Counted from the first letter of the stretch, positions 46,717 to 57,896 are shown. The stretch is DNA of 64,000 bases from Nitrososphaeria archaeon (GCA_029775925.1 JARVKB010000012.1:3577-67576), one strand, 5' to 3'. Made by a program: numbers and translations. Notes: a model not told the origin generated them from the sequence alone.

Positions 46717-48168
46717 GTGATCGATTTGGATGAAGACTTATTAATATTTGCTATAGATCTTGCTCAGAGACTTGGTGCAGATTATGCAGAAGCAAGGCTA
46801 CATAGAACAAAAGAGCTCGGTTGTCTATTAAGGAACGGTGCTTCAGAGCCTGCGGTGATACAGGATGCATATGGTATAGGTATAAGAGTGATTTGCTCTG
46901 GTTCTCTTTCCTTCTCTGCTACCAATGATATATCAAAAAAGAACATAGAAAGTATGGTTGAAAATGCTATAAAAAGGGCTAAAGCATCTTTACCACTTTT
47001 AAAGAATAAAGTTAATTTAAGTGAAGAAAAATCCATTAATGCTGATTGGAAAGCAGAAGAGAAAAAGAATATAGAGAATGTTGGTTTTGAAGATCTTTTT
47101 AGTTTAATTAAAGATATAGATAATCTCATAAAAAACGGGAAGAAAGATGTATCCTTTCCTAATAGATTGCTGTCATCTTCAACTCTTCTCGAAGAAAAAA
47201 TATACATAAATACTAATGGGACAAAGATAAAGAGTAGAGTGCCAAGGGTGAGTTTTAGTAGCTATATCACGGCCTCTTATCAAGGCAAGATTACTACAAT
47301 AACAATACCTTCTGGCTATTCCCAGCTTGCAGGAAGTGGTGGATGGGAAGTGGTTGAAAGATTAAAGATTTTTGAGTACGTGGAAAAGGAAGCTGAAAAT
47401 CTTTCTTTAGCTATAAAAAGTGAGCAGAATCCGCCAAAAGAAATATTAGATGTGATCGTTGGCCCTCAAGTCAGTGGTATAATAGCTCACGAATCAGCGG
47501 GCCATCCCGGTGAGGCTGATAGGATTCTTGGAAGAGAAGCAGCTCAGGCTGGTGAATCCTATCTTAAGCCTAATGATCTTGGTATTAAAATTGGGAGTGA
47601 AGAGGCATATGTAAGTGATGATCCTACCATCCCTCATTCCAATGGTTTTTACCTTTATGATGATGAGGGGGTCTTTGCTAGAAAGAGAAAGTTGATAGAA
47701 GCAGGAGTAATTCGCGAGTTCTTGCACAATAGAGCAACAGCTTATGAATTTAACACATCAAGCAATGGTTCATCTAGGGCTTCAAGTTATGATAGAGAAC
47801 CTATTGTGAGAATGGCAAATACTTTTGTAGAACCTGGTGATTACTCTTTAGATGAACTTTTTGAAGATGTTAATCTTGGTGTTTATATAAAATCGTTCAT
47901 GGAGTGGAATATCGATGATAAGCGTTTAAACCAAAGGTATGTAGGTCTTGAAGCCTACCTGATAGAAAAAGGGGAGATAAAAGGGATGGTGAAAAACCCT
48001 GTCTTAGAGATAACAACCCCTAAGTTATGGAACAGCGTTGATGCAAGAGGTAAGGATATTGATTTCGTAGGTGCAACTTGTGGTAAAGGCGACCCTATGC
48101 AAGGAATCCCGGTTTGGACCGGTGGGCCAAACATGAGACTTAGATCTATTAGATTAGGGGCGAGGTAG
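46717..48168 (+). CDS. tldD: TldD-family metalloprotease
   Basis: 483 aa. HESAGHPGEADR (HExxxH), C-terminal GIPVWTGGP. The start may be TTG 46726, 5 nt after GGTGA. Confidence 0.8.
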   Translation: MIDLDEDLLIFAIDLAQRLGADYAEARLHRTKELGCLLRNGASEPAVIQDAYGIGIRVICSGSLSFSATNDISKKNIESMVENAIKRAKASLPLLKNKVNLSEEKSINADWKAEEKKNIENVGFEDLFSLIKDIDNLIKNGKKDVSFPNRLLSSSTLLEEKIYINTNGTKIKSRVPRVSFSSYITASYQGKITTITIPSGYSQLAGSGGWEVVERLKIFEYVEKEAENLSLAIKSEQNPPKEILDVIVGPQVSGIIAHESAGHPGEADRILGREAAQAGESYLKPNDLGIKIGSEEAYVSDDPTIPHSNGFYLYDDEGVFARKRKLIEAGVIREFLHNRATAYEFNTSSNGSSRASSYDREPIVRMANTFVEPGDYSLDELFEDVNLGVYIKSFMEWNIDDKRLNQRYVGLEAYLIEKGEIKGMVKNPVLEITTPKLWNSVDARGKDIDFVGATCGKGDPMQGIPVWTGGPNMRLRSIRLGAR

Positions 48169-48169
48169 A

Positions 48170-49498
48170 GTGGAGATAAATGAATTAGCAGATCTAACTT
48201 TAAAGGAAGCATTAAAGCTTGGAGCAACAGATGTTTCAGTTATATGCACTAAAACGAATGAAAACTTGATAAGATTTAGTAACAACTCTATTACCGTAAA
48301 TAAGAACATAAATAATCTTGAACTTTTCCTTTATTTAGCTAAGGATAAAAAAAGGATAATAGGTACTACATCAAACCCAAACATAAAAGGAATCAAAGAG
48401 TTCACCTCAAATTTGGTAAAGGCTTGTGAGGCTTTATCACCGAGTGCTGAATACACGCCTTTACCAAAGATAAAGGTTCAATACTCATCACATGGAATTT
48501 ATGATGAGAAACTGGTCGAGGATGGTACAAATTTGATAGAATTTGTAAAAGAAGCTATAAATGCAGCGCTCGAAGCAGGAGCTGATAGAGTATCTGGTTC
48601 CATCATGACTTCGAAAGAGAATTTAGTTATTCTTACATCTGGTGATGTAAATGGTCAAGATAAGAAGACGAAGATATTACTTAACGTAAGGGCCTTTTCT
48701 AAAGAGGCAAGCGGTCAAGGATTATCTTGTGCTGCAAGACTTAAAGACCTTAAACCTAACGAGGCAGGTAAAGAAGCAGGGGAATATGCAAAGGCATCCA
48801 TAAATCCTAAGCCTTGGGAAGAAGGCATCTATGACCTTATCACGTTGCCAACGGTGACAGCAGATATAATTCAGCATGTAGGATCTTTCTCTTCCGCATT
48901 TGCAGTGGATTCTGGCTTATCTTTTTTAGCTGATAAAATCGGCCAAAAAGTGAGCGTAGATTACTTCACTTTAAGGGATTATGGCGTTATAGAAGGAGGG
49001 TTTGGAAATAGAAGGTTTGATGACGAAGGCTTTCCAACACGTGAGAATATCATAATTGAGAAAGGAGTTTTGAAAAGCTATTTGCATAACTGCACTACAG
49101 CAAGAAAGTTCAACACATCCTCAACGGGTAATGCAGGGATAATAGACCCTCATCCATGGAATCTTGTAGTAGATCCTGGATCTATGACCTTGGAAGATAT
49201 GATAAAGGAGGTTAAAAAGGGTATTATGGTGACTAACAATTGGTATACTCGGTTCCAATCTTTAAGATTAGGTGAATATTCCACTTTACCTAGAGATGCA
49301 ACCTTCCTTATTGAGAATGGAGTTATAAAGTATCCAGTTAGAGGTTTAAGAATTAGTGATAGCCTTCCAAGACAATTAGCTAATATAGTGGCCATATCTA
49401 AAGAGAGGAAATGGATTGAATGGTGGGAAGTATCTATACCGACCCTTGCTCCTTCGATGCTAATAAAGGATGTTATAATAACTAAGGCGTTGGGATAG
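48170..49498 (+). CDS. pmbA: PmbA/TldE-family protein (TldD partner)
   Basis: 442 aa. Same fold family without HExxxH, immediately downstream of tldD (1-nt gap). Confidence 0.75.
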   Translation: MEINELADLTLKEALKLGATDVSVICTKTNENLIRFSNNSITVNKNINNLELFLYLAKDKKRIIGTTSNPNIKGIKEFTSNLVKACEALSPSAEYTPLPKIKVQYSSHGIYDEKLVEDGTNLIEFVKEAINAALEAGADRVSGSIMTSKENLVILTSGDVNGQDKKTKILLNVRAFSKEASGQGLSCAARLKDLKPNEAGKEAGEYAKASINPKPWEEGIYDLITLPTVTADIIQHVGSFSSAFAVDSGLSFLADKIGQKVSVDYFTLRDYGVIEGGFGNRRFDDEGFPTRENIIIEKGVLKSYLHNCTTARKFNTSSTGNAGIIDPHPWNLVVDPGSMTLEDMIKEVKKGIMVTNNWYTRFQSLRLGEYSTLPRDATFLIENGVIKYPVRGLRISDSLPRQLANIVAISKERKWIEWWEVSIPTLAPSMLIKDVIITKALG

Positions 49499-49564
49499 TA
49501 TGATAAATGTAAGAGTAAAATATAAAAGCAAGAAAATTCCACAATTATTACACAGGTGATTTGA

Positions 49565-51232
49565 ATGTCGGCAACAGCAATTCCTGCAGTTACTTCAAGT
49601 GGTCAGCCCATCCTCATCCTCAAGGAAGGTTCTACGCAGACCCGAGGTAGAGAAGCTCAAAGAAATAACATAATGGCGGCTAAATTAATCGCAGAAATAG
49701 TGAGGACTTCGTTAGGACCGAGAGGTATGGACAAGATGCTTGTAGATACTCTGGGAGATGTTACTATAACCAATGATGGAGCTACGATATTGAAAGAAAT
49801 AGATGTCCAACACCCATCTGCAAAGATGATGGTAGAAATTGCCAAGACTACTGATAACGAAGTTGGAGACGGCACAACCTCCGCAGTAGTCCTTGCGGGT
49901 GCTCTTCTGGAGAGGGCAGAGGAGCTTATTAACAAGGATGTTCATCCTGCAGTTATAGTAGATGGCTATAGAAAAGCTGCTGAGCAAGCCCTAAAGATCC
50001 TTAATAAGATCGCAGTAAAAATTCCCCCTGACCAAAGAGATTGGTTGGTAAAGATTGCTAAGACTAGTATGGAAACAAAGATGGTCTCCCAAGAAAGTGG
50101 AATTCTAGCAGAGCGTGTAGTCGATGCTCTTCTCCAAGTCGCTGAAAAGACAGAGAATGGATACAGAGTCGACATAGACGATGTTAAGGTTGAGAAAAAA
50201 GCAGGTGCATCTTTAGCTGAAACTCAACTCATAAAAGGTTTAGTGCTAGATAAGGAAGTTGTTCACGCAGGAATGCCTAAGAGAATCAAGAATGCTAAGA
50301 TAGCCCTTGTCAATGCTCCTCTTGAAATAGAGAAGACAGAGTTTGATGCTAAGATCAATATAAACAACCCAGAGCAGATAAAGCTATTCTTAGAAGAAGA
50401 GAATCGCATGCTAAAGAGTATGGTGGACAAAATCGCTGAAGTAGGTGCTAATGTACTTATTTGCCAAAAAGGTATCGATGATATCGCTCAACACTATCTC
50501 GCAAAGGCAGGAATAATGGCTGTAAGGAGAGCAAAACAGAGTGATATGGACAAACTGGCAAAGGCTAGTGGTGGTAGAGTCGTAACAAATCTTGAAGATC
50601 TATCGTCTAACGACCTAGGGTTTGCAGAACTTGTTGAGGAGAGGAAGATAGAGGAAGACAAGTGGGTCTTCATAGAAGGTTGTAAGAATCCAAAGGCTGT
50701 AACAATATTGATAAGGGGAGGAACCCAAAGAATTGTTGATGAAGCAGAAAGATCTGTACATGATGCTCTTTGTGTAACAAGAGATGTTATGCAAAAACCA
50801 GCAATAGTTGCAGGCGGCGGGGCTGTTGAAGCTCATATTGCTCACGAACTAAGAGAATGGTCCCACACCCTCTCTGGAAGAGAACAGCTAGCTGTTCAAA
50901 AATTTGCAGAATCCATGGAAGTAATACCTCTTACACTAGCTGAGAATGCAGGACTTGACCCAATTGACGTTCAAGTAGAGTTAAGGGCAAAACATGGTCA
51001 AGGTATGGTCTGGGCTGGCGTTGGAGTCTTTGACGGAGGAATCGCAGACATGTATGAGAAGGGTGTCTTCGAGCCATTGGTTGTAAAAGAACAAATCATA
51101 AAGTCCGCAACAGAAGCCGCCTCCATGATACTCAGAATTGATGACGTCATAGCTGCTGGCAGGATGAAGGAAACAGGCGGAAAACCAGGCAAAGGTGCAG
51201 AGGAAACACCACCTCCTGGTGGAGAAGACTAA
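49565..51232 (+). CDS. ths: Thermosome subunit (group II chaperonin)
   Basis: 555 aa. [61 protein letters not shown]-like motif 4 nt before the ATG. Confidence 0.95.
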   Translation: MSATAIPAVTSSGQPILILKEGSTQTRGREAQRNNIMAAKLIAEIVRTSLGPRGMDKMLVDTLGDVTITNDGATILKEIDVQHPSAKMMVEIAKTTDNEVGDGTTSAVVLAGALLERAEELINKDVHPAVIVDGYRKAAEQALKILNKIAVKIPPDQRDWLVKIAKTSMETKMVSQESGILAERVVDALLQVAEKTENGYRVDIDDVKVEKKAGASLAETQLIKGLVLDKEVVHAGMPKRIKNAKIALVNAPLEIEKTEFDAKININNPEQIKLFLEEENRMLKSMVDKIAEVGANVLICQKGIDDIAQHYLAKAGIMAVRRAKQSDMDKLAKASGGRVVTNLEDLSSNDLGFAELVEERKIEEDKWVFIEGCKNPKAVTILIRGGTQRIVDEAERSVHDALCVTRDVMQKPAIVAGGGAVEAHIAHELREWSHTLSGREQLAVQKFAESMEVIPLTLAENAGLDPIDVQVELRAKHGQGMVWAGVGVFDGGIADMYEKGVFEPLVVKEQIIKSATEAASMILRIDDVIAAGRMKETGGKPGKGAEETPPPGGED

Positions 51233-51316
51233 TCAAAACCCTTCCAAATTTTTATTTTATCCTAGTTTCTAAGAAAAAATTATCTATTAGTGTAAATTAT
51301 TCTTTGAATAAATCTT

Positions 51317-52672
51317 TTGGTGCAAAGCTTGCAAAGATATGATATTATTATTGTGGGTGCTGGGACTGCTGGATGTGTTGCAGGTATTGCAAGTGCTGAA
51401 CAGAGTTCAAAAGTTTTAATGCTAGATTGTAAAGACTTTAAAGAAATAGGTAAGAAAATTTGTGGAGATGCGATAGGCGCCCATCACTTCGAGAAAGTGA
51501 ATTTAAAGAACATACCAAATAATACTATAAGAAGTAAGATTAATGCAGTAGTTGTCTGCTCCCCATCAGGCAGGCATAAGTATAAAGTTGAAGGTGAAGG
51601 TTATGCTTTAAACAGGTATGAATTCGGTCGTTGGCTCTTAGACCAGGCTTTAGATAAAGGCGTTGAGTTAAAACCGAATATAAAGGTAAAATTTCCTATT
51701 ATGGAAAAAGGTAAAGTCATAGGTGTTAAAACTTCAAATAGTAAGACTGGAGATGCCCAATCTTTCTTATGTAAAGTCGTCATAGATGCTAGCGGTTGGA
51801 CAGGAGTCATAAGAAGGTCCTTGCCTGAATTTCAAGGCCTTGTTAAAGAACCAGAATGGGGGGACGTTGCAGTATGCTACAGAGAAGTAAGACAACTGAA
51901 AAGCAGTATAGATGATTTAGATTTGGCTAGAATTTACTTAGATGCGAGAATAGCTCCAGGAGGTTATTGGTGGTTCTTCCCTCAAGGAGAAGATTTAGTG
52001 AATATAGGTATAGGTGTTCAAGGAGGTCGTGGTAATGATCCAAAAAATCTTTTCAGAGAGTATCTTTCAAATCTCCCTATTCTTAAGGGTTCAAAAATCG
52101 TAGACGCAGGTGGTGGAGTTGTACCGACCAGAAGATCTCTCCATTCTTTAGTAGCTTTTGGAGTTATATTTGCTGGAGATTCTGGTTTTACTGCAAATCC
52201 TATACACGGTGGTGGGATAGGTTCTTCTATGATAGCAGGAAAAATAGCTGGAAGAGTTGCTGCAGAAAGTCTGGGTGAAGAAGATCCAGAAAAGATCTTG
52301 TGGAAAGTCAACGAAGAATACGTTAAAGCATATGGTATGAAAGCTGCTAGCTTAGAAATCTTTAAAATATTCTTACAAGAGCTCAGCAATGATGATTTAG
52401 AGTTTGGCATGGAGAAAAAATTGATAACAGAAACCGATCTTACAAGACTTAGCTATGGCCATGGAGATTTATCAATAAAGGAGAAAGCAGTAAGGATAAT
52501 CAAAGGGGTAAGAAGACCAAGTGTTCTTATGCACTTAGCAACAACTGCTAGCTATATGAGAAAAGTTAGGAGACTTTATGAAAATTACCCTAATAAAGAA
52601 GATTATGAGGATTGGTCTAAATCTATTTATGATCTCTTCTCTGACTTCAAAAAGAAGATTAAGTATAGTTAA
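51317..52672 (+). CDS. Geranylgeranyl reductase family flavoprotein (digeranylgeranylglycerophospholipid reductase-like)
   Basis: 451 aa. FAD motif YDIIIVGAGTAGCVAG, CGDAIG, GYWWFFP, AGDSGFTANPIHGGGI. Confidence 0.8.
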   Translation: MVQSLQRYDIIIVGAGTAGCVAGIASAEQSSKVLMLDCKDFKEIGKKICGDAIGAHHFEKVNLKNIPNNTIRSKINAVVVCSPSGRHKYKVEGEGYALNRYEFGRWLLDQALDKGVELKPNIKVKFPIMEKGKVIGVKTSNSKTGDAQSFLCKVVIDASGWTGVIRRSLPEFQGLVKEPEWGDVAVCYREVRQLKSSIDDLDLARIYLDARIAPGGYWWFFPQGEDLVNIGIGVQGGRGNDPKNLFREYLSNLPILKGSKIVDAGGGVVPTRRSLHSLVAFGVIFAGDSGFTANPIHGGGIGSSMIAGKIAGRVAAESLGEEDPEKILWKVNEEYVKAYGMKAASLEIFKIFLQELSNDDLEFGMEKKLITETDLTRLSYGHGDLSIKEKAVRIIKGVRRPSVLMHLATTASYMRKVRRLYENYPNKEDYEDWSKSIYDLFSDFKKKIKYS

Positions 52673-52721
52673 AACTAGACATCCATCCTTCATTTTTGAT
52701 CGATCGAATTTGTTTTAATAT

Positions 52722-53306
52722 TTAATTTCCAGAATTGGCGCTTTCTTTTAGTTTCTTTCTTGGCCTTCTAGAACAATTTGACCTGGTTCTTCGTGATTTT
52801 TTTATTTTCATCTCTGGTTGAATAGGCTGAACATTTTGGGAAAGTGTATCTTCATGTTGGATAGGTTGAATGCTACTGGGTTGAATGTCTGAAGGTTGTA
52901 TTGAATCGTTTTGATTTTTTAGAACGATCTGAGAAAATGTACTCTCTTGTTGAGTGGCTAAGGTTTGTATAGTGTCGCTTTGAGTCGATATAGGTATAAC
53001 AGAATCCTGATACGGTATATTTTCGTTTTGGATTATCATAGGCTGTACAGAATCGTTGATGGGCTTTTCTTCTCGATTAATTTCGATAGTTTGTACTGGA
53101 TTCTCTGTCTTTAATATTTGTTCTTTATTTTCTTCCATAATTCTTTGGGAGCTGGCTTCATTTACAATCGATGTGTTTAATGATGACGATAGAGATTCGA
53201 TTTTTACCTTTAGAGGGGAAGTTGGGCTAGTCTCGCTAACAGATGGTGTTATAGGTAAACTCGGTGTTCTAAAGAACCAGCTTTTTATTTTATTTAATAT
53301 TCCCAT
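52722..53306 (-). CDS. Low-complexity Q/S/I/P-rich protein with a basic C-terminal tail; unknown function
   Basis: 194 aa. Degenerate repeats (NDSVQP, QDSVIP, SDTIQT, NDSIQP, SDIQP, SSIQP, NVQPIQP) and tail KKSRRTRSNCSRRPRKKLK. Coding status rests only on ORF length. Confidence 0.35.
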   Translation of the reverse strand: MGILNKIKSWFFRTPSLPITPSVSETSPTSPLKVKIESLSSSLNTSIVNEASSQRIMEENKEQILKTENPVQTIEINREEKPINDSVQPMIIQNENIPYQDSVIPISTQSDTIQTLATQQESTFSQIVLKNQNDSIQPSDIQPSSIQPIQHEDTLSQNVQPIQPEMKIKKSRRTRSNCSRRPRKKLKESANSGN

Positions 53307-53499
53307 TTCATGTTAGAATAGCATCGGAAAAGATATGTAATGGATTGTCAACTTCTTTAAACAATTATGTTAAAATCATCCCGAATATGAATTTTTAATT
53401 TAGCAAATCAGACTATTGTAAGGCTAGAAATGGATTTGTTCTTTCTTCAATAGGTATTTTTAAATACAATTATGGGTATATGGGTATATCTGTCTAAAA

Positions 53500-54006
53500 T
53501 TGTGGAAAAAAATTCAAACTCAATTCAAAAAGCAAAAAGGAAGATTGAACGTAGTGAAAAAGATGATAGAGCTTGGCATAAGAGTGGATGAAAATGGTAA
53601 GCTTTATGTGGGTGATACGGAAATTAACGATACTGCTATTGCTAGAGCAGTAGGTGTTGATAGGAGGGTTATAAGGAGCACGACTAAACAGATTTTAGAG
53701 AATCCGGAGTTGCGTGAAATATTTACAAGAATAAGGCCTGTTGGAGCGAGTTTAGTCGACGTAGCAAAATTTCTTAATTATAGCGTTTTAGTGATAAAAT
53801 CAGACCCTCATAAACCTGGAGTTATAGCTAGTGTAACTAGTGTTTTAGCAAAACATAACTTGGTTGTAAGGCAGGCTTTAGCCGACGATCCTGATCTAGT
53901 CCCTGAGCCTTGCTTAACTCTCGTAGTGGATGGTAAAATACCTGCAAAAGCTGTGGATGAAATAAGGTCTTTACCATTAGTTAAAAGCTTAACAATTCTA
54001 AAGTAG
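53500..54006 (+). CDS. ACT-domain regulatory protein (COG2150-like, HTH plus ACT)
   Basis: 168 aa. AIARAVGVDRRVIRST (HTH-like), then an ACT-like VLVIKSDPHKPGVIASVTSVLAKHNLVVRQAL. The start may be ATG 53563. Confidence 0.55.
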   Translation: MWKKIQTQFKKQKGRLNVVKKMIELGIRVDENGKLYVGDTEINDTAIARAVGVDRRVIRSTTKQILENPELREIFTRIRPVGASLVDVAKFLNYSVLVIKSDPHKPGVIASVTSVLAKHNLVVRQALADDPDLVPEPCLTLVVDGKIPAKAVDEIRSLPLVKSLTILK

Positions 54007-54008
54007 AA

Positions 54009-55289
54009 TTACTTTTTATTCTTTTCTATCTTTTCTAGCCCATTCATATAAGGCTTAAGGGCTTCTGGTATTCTAATGGAACCATCTTTCTCTTGATAGT
54101 TTTCCATTATAGCTATCAAGGCTCTTTCTGTTGCTATAGCTGTACTATTTAAAGTATGGACAAAAATCGGTTTTTCATTGGGCTTATCTCTATACCTTAT
54201 GTTTAATCTCCTTGCCTGATAATCCAAGCAATTGGAGCAACTGACCATCTCTCTGTACTTCCCTTGACCTGGTAACCAAGCTTCTAAATCATACTTTTTT
54301 GCAGCAACGGCTCCAAGATCGCCAATACACACATTCATTACTCTATAAGGTATTTTAAGAATCTGAAATATCTCTTCAGCATTTTTTATCAATAACTCAT
54401 GTTCTTTCCAAGAATCTTCTGGTTTAGAAAATACAAATTGTTCTACTTTCTCAAATTGATGAACCCTGAAGATTCCTTTTGTATCTCTACCATGGGCGCC
54501 TGCTTCCTTTCTATAGCAAGGGCTTATTCCAGCATACCTAAGAGGTAGTTTTTTTCCATCAAGAATTTCATCCTTATGAAGGCCAGCTATAGCATGCTCA
54601 GAAGTAGCTAATAGATAAAGATCCTCTTTCTCAATTTTATAAATTGCATCTTCAAAATCAGATAGAGCAACACACCCTGCCACTACCTCTCTTCGAAGCA
54701 TATATGGTGTTTGTATCAATGTAAAACCTTTATTCTTCATAAATTCTAACCCAAATCTTATAAGAGCAAGATTAAGCAGGACTAAATCTCCTTTCAAATA
54801 ATAAAATCTTGCTCCTGCTACTTTTGCTGCCCTTTCTATGTCTATCAATCCTAAATTAAGTCCAAGGTCAATATGGTCTTTTGGCTGAAAATCAAATTTA
54901 GGTATTTCTCCCCATCTTTTTATTTCAACATTATCATTCTCATCCTTCCCAAGAGGGACTGTCTTATCAGGTATATTTGGTATAATCATCATGATTTCTT
55001 GAATTTTTTGCTCTAAATCTTTGATTTTTGCATCAGCCTTTGAAATTTCATCTGTAATTTTTTTCATTTCTTCTATCTCTTTTTGTGCACTCTTGTTCTC
55101 TTTTTTAAGTTCTGCAATCTTCAAAGAGACAAGATTTTTCTTATGCTTTAGCTTTTGAACCATGGTTATAAGTTCTCTCCTTTCTTTATCATAATTTATC
55201 AAATCCTCTAAAGGTACATTCATACCTCTCATTTCTAACATTTTTCTAATCAAATCTTGATTTTCACGAATGAATTTTATATCCAACAT
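54009..55289 (-). CDS. serS: Seryl-tRNA synthetase
   Basis: MLDIKFIREN start (ATG 55289 preferred over 55325), long coiled-coil arm. Class II motifs FRVHQFEKVEQF, YREMVSCSNCLDYQARRLNIRY, TLNSTAIATERALIAIMENYQ. Confidence 0.9.
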   Translation of the reverse strand: MLDIKFIRENQDLIRKMLEMRGMNVPLEDLINYDKERRELITMVQKLKHKKNLVSLKIAELKKENKSAQKEIEEMKKITDEISKADAKIKDLEQKIQEIMMIIPNIPDKTVPLGKDENDNVEIKRWGEIPKFDFQPKDHIDLGLNLGLIDIERAAKVAGARFYYLKGDLVLLNLALIRFGLEFMKNKGFTLIQTPYMLRREVVAGCVALSDFEDAIYKIEKEDLYLLATSEHAIAGLHKDEILDGKKLPLRYAGISPCYRKEAGAHGRDTKGIFRVHQFEKVEQFVFSKPEDSWKEHELLIKNAEEIFQILKIPYRVMNVCIGDLGAVAAKKYDLEAWLPGQGKYREMVSCSNCLDYQARRLNIRYRDKPNEKPIFVHTLNSTAIATERALIAIMENYQEKDGSIRIPEALKPYMNGLEKIEKNKK

Positions 55290-55347
55290 AATTTGCATCC
55301 CTATTCTTTCAATATTTGAATTCAAAGTTTCATATAAGTTGATCGAA

Positions 55348-55620
55348 TCATCTTAAAGTCTCAATTTCTTTTAAAGTATTTAAAGAGGCTTGGCAGCATG
55401 TCAAAAGATCGTCTATTGTTGAGATTAAGCTTTCTATTTTGTTAACTGAAGAAAAATTTATCATTAAAAGCTTCTTCTTAGCACTCATCCTTATGCTTAA
55501 TCCTTCAGGTAAGTTTATGTTATCGGGTTTAAGAGAGCTGTAGAGAATTTTAGGAATCGTCTCGTCCTTACAATGTAATATCAATTTAACCTTTATTTTC
55601 ATGAAATCTTTCACCTTCAT
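55348..55620 (-). CDS. pcc1: KEOPS subunit Pcc1-like
   Basis: 90 aa. Pattern ...AKILYSSLKPDN...LSIRMSAKKKLLMINFSSVNKIESLISTIDDLL resembles the Pcc1/CTAG fold family. Kae1 and Bud32 are nearby. Confidence 0.5.
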   Translation of the reverse strand: MKVKDFMKIKVKLILHCKDETIPKILYSSLKPDNINLPEGLSIRMSAKKKLLMINFSSVNKIESLISTIDDLLTCCQASLNTLKEIETLR

Positions 55621-56007
55621 CTCTAATATATGACTATTTTAAAATCTTTTAAAACCTTATAATCAGTTATGAATGTAGAAATGCTACATTTATCCTATTA
55701 CGTTTCAATACGATTATTAAGGCTAAAGTATTAAACTAAAGATATTGTCAGAGTCGATCTTGAGTGCTATGAGTTTTGAGAATAGCAATGGCAGTATTCT
55801 TGATTTTATGGTTAAGTTTTGATAGATCAGAAGAATTTTTAATAAAGGTAAAATAAAAAATTCTCAAACATAGATTTCATGGAATCTGATCAATAAAGAG
55901 TTATGCTTGTTAATATAGTGAAGATAATACATTAAATCTTCACTGACCTAATTTCTAAAATAAGGTTTTCAAGACCTCCAATAGCTTTTGTTCCTTTATC
56001 GTCACAA

Positions 56008-57435
56008 TCAATTTTGACCTTTTCCTTCATCTAATTCCCTTAACCTCTCTTCTATAATCTTTAAGAATTCATCCGATCTTTGAATAGGAATTCTTGCTCC
56101 AGCAGCTACATCATGGCCTCCTCCTACTCCTTCGAATTTGCTAGCTTCAGCCATGATCAAACCTAGGTTTAAAGCAGGGCTACAACCTTTCGTCTTTCTT
56201 GCTGAAAAGCTTACATCACCATCGTTTGTAATAGTTTTAACAAAAAGAGCTTTTCCCTCAAACCTTGTAATTCCACTTAGTATTGAAGATATTGCTCCTA
56301 ACATTTTTTCATCTATTAAACCATCACCAATTACCATAAATGACCATTTTCCTTCAACAACTCTTTTTTCATCACTTAAAATATTTTGGACATAATTGTT
56401 AAGGGTGTGCTTATACTCCGCCAAAATTCTCTCACCTTCTTGCAAAGCAAAATCTCTGTCACCAAGACAAATAGAAACTCCTACTCCTCCATTTCCCGTT
56501 CTTCCACAAGCATTTAACAAAGTAGCAAACTCCCTACCATCCCTTAAAGAAGTATGTTCATCCTCTCTCTCCAAGGTGTATATATTTCCTATAAGTTCCT
56601 TCACTTTATCTGTAGCACTAGGAGCCAAGGTAAGATAAGGTATTATTGCCTCGATAACTTTTCCCTTTTCTTCTTCTGAAAGTTCAGCGATGGTCCTCCA
56701 TCTTACTCCTTCCTTAAGCTTTATACCTGCTGATGTGAGAGTAGCAAGGCAAGAATCTCTATTTCCTGTCAATCCCGGTATGAATGGTGTAGTTGTAGAA
56801 GCTATAGCCTCATGTATGGGCTTTGTCTCTCTTCCATAGAACATCAAATCCTTTGTAACTTTCAAGTATCCACTTTCAATAGCATCCTTTACAATAATCT
56901 CATTCAATCCTGTTATAGACCTGCCTTCTCCTTGATCCTGCTTATCTCCAAGAGCACCAACAACCGCTAAGCATGATAAGTCTGTGTTGTTCCTATCCAT
57001 CGTTAAGGCTACTATGTAACTCATGCCAGAAGCGCTAATCTCTTTTGTACCATCTATTCCAAACTGCCATGAGTTGATGATATTATCGATACTTTTTTCA
57101 TCTTCGCTAATTTGATGATGATCTATGGCAATCCATTTATCATTAAGAATTTCTTTTATTTGCCTTCCTATCCCTGCTCCTAATTCACAGAATATGTAAA
57201 AATCATAGTCTTCTTCCTTCAACTCATGGACAGTTTTTAACTTTAAATTGTTGATAATCCTAACGACAAAGCGCCCATTCTTTCTTAGTATGGCTTTGGC
57301 TATTATGCTGGCGGAAGTGATGCCGTCGGCATCAAGATGGCCAAGTACGATTATATTCTTACCTTCCCTTACCTTCTTATCTATAATTTCGCCAATCGTC
57401 TTCGCTCTATTGAATAACTCTTCTATTTTGCCCAT
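56008..57435 (-). CDS. DHH/DHHA1 phosphoesterase, archaeal RecJ/Cdc45-like (GAN-type) nuclease
   Basis: VLGHLDADGITSA (DHH motif I/II), AIDHHQ, C-terminal GGGHDVAAG (DHHA1). ATG 57435 (MGKIEELF) is preferred and avoids overlap with rps15. Confidence 0.75.
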   Translation of the reverse strand: MGKIEELFNRAKTIGEIIDKKVREGKNIIVLGHLDADGITSASIIAKAILRKNGRFVVRIINNLKLKTVHELKEEDYDFYIFCELGAGIGRQIKEILNDKWIAIDHHQISEDEKSIDNIINSWQFGIDGTKEISASGMSYIVALTMDRNNTDLSCLAVVGALGDKQDQGEGRSITGLNEIIVKDAIESGYLKVTKDLMFYGRETKPIHEAIASTTTPFIPGLTGNRDSCLATLTSAGIKLKEGVRWRTIAELSEEEKGKVIEAIIPYLTLAPSATDKVKELIGNIYTLEREDEHTSLRDGREFATLLNACGRTGNGGVGVSICLGDRDFALQEGERILAEYKHTLNNYVQNILSDEKRVVEGKWSFMVIGDGLIDEKMLGAISSILSGITRFEGKALFVKTITNDGDVSFSARKTKGCSPALNLGLIMAEASKFEGVGGGHDVAAGARIPIQRSDEFLKIIEERLRELDEGKGQN

Positions 57436-57446
57436 TTTCTCAGTTT

Positions 57447-57896
57447 TTACATTAATTGAGCTACCACTGCAGAATATTTCCAATCTCCAGGTAAAAATCC
57501 TATTGATTTATAGTATTTTGATAGTCTATGAATCTTTGCCTCGATTAATTCTAAAGATCTAACATTCTTTCTATCGCTTTTATGGGCTTTAAGATGTTCT
57601 TGTAACCTTTTGGCTTTCTTTAATAACCTATCAAGATCTTCAGGAAGGGAAGGTTTTAAACCGTTCTCCTCAAGAATCTCTAAAATCGATTTTCCCAATA
57701 CGGGCTTAACTAAAGGTATATTGAACTCATCTCTAAGTTTTAATCCTATCTCGCTAGGAGTTAAACCGTTCTTAGCCATTTTGACGATTTGAGTCACAAT
57801 CTCATCTGTGCTATAAGTTAACCAGGTAGGAGTCCTCTTCGATGTAGGGCGTGTCGAGTGTGATTTTCCTTTTCTATGTGAGTGTATGCGAGCCAT
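57447..57896 (-). CDS. rps15: Ribosomal protein uS15 (S15P/S13e)
   Basis: 149 aa. MARIHSHRKGKSHSTRP N-terminus and C-terminal HLKAHKSDRKNVRSLELIEAKIHRLSKYY. Confidence 0.9.
   Translation of the reverse strand: MARIHSHRKGKSHSTRPTSKRTPTWLTYSTDEIVTQIVKMAKNGLTPSEIGLKLRDEFNIPLVKPVLGKSILEILEENGLKPSLPEDLDRLLKKAKRLQEHLKAHKSDRKNVRSLELIEAKIHRLSKYYKSIGFLPGDWKYSAVVAQLM

Noticed and set aside
55290-55325. Longer N-termini for serS (to 55325) and the RecJ-like gene (57436-57483)
   Set aside because: Internal ATGs give family-typical N-termini (MLDIKFIREN; MGKIEELF). For the RecJ-like gene the internal start also removes the overlap with rps15.
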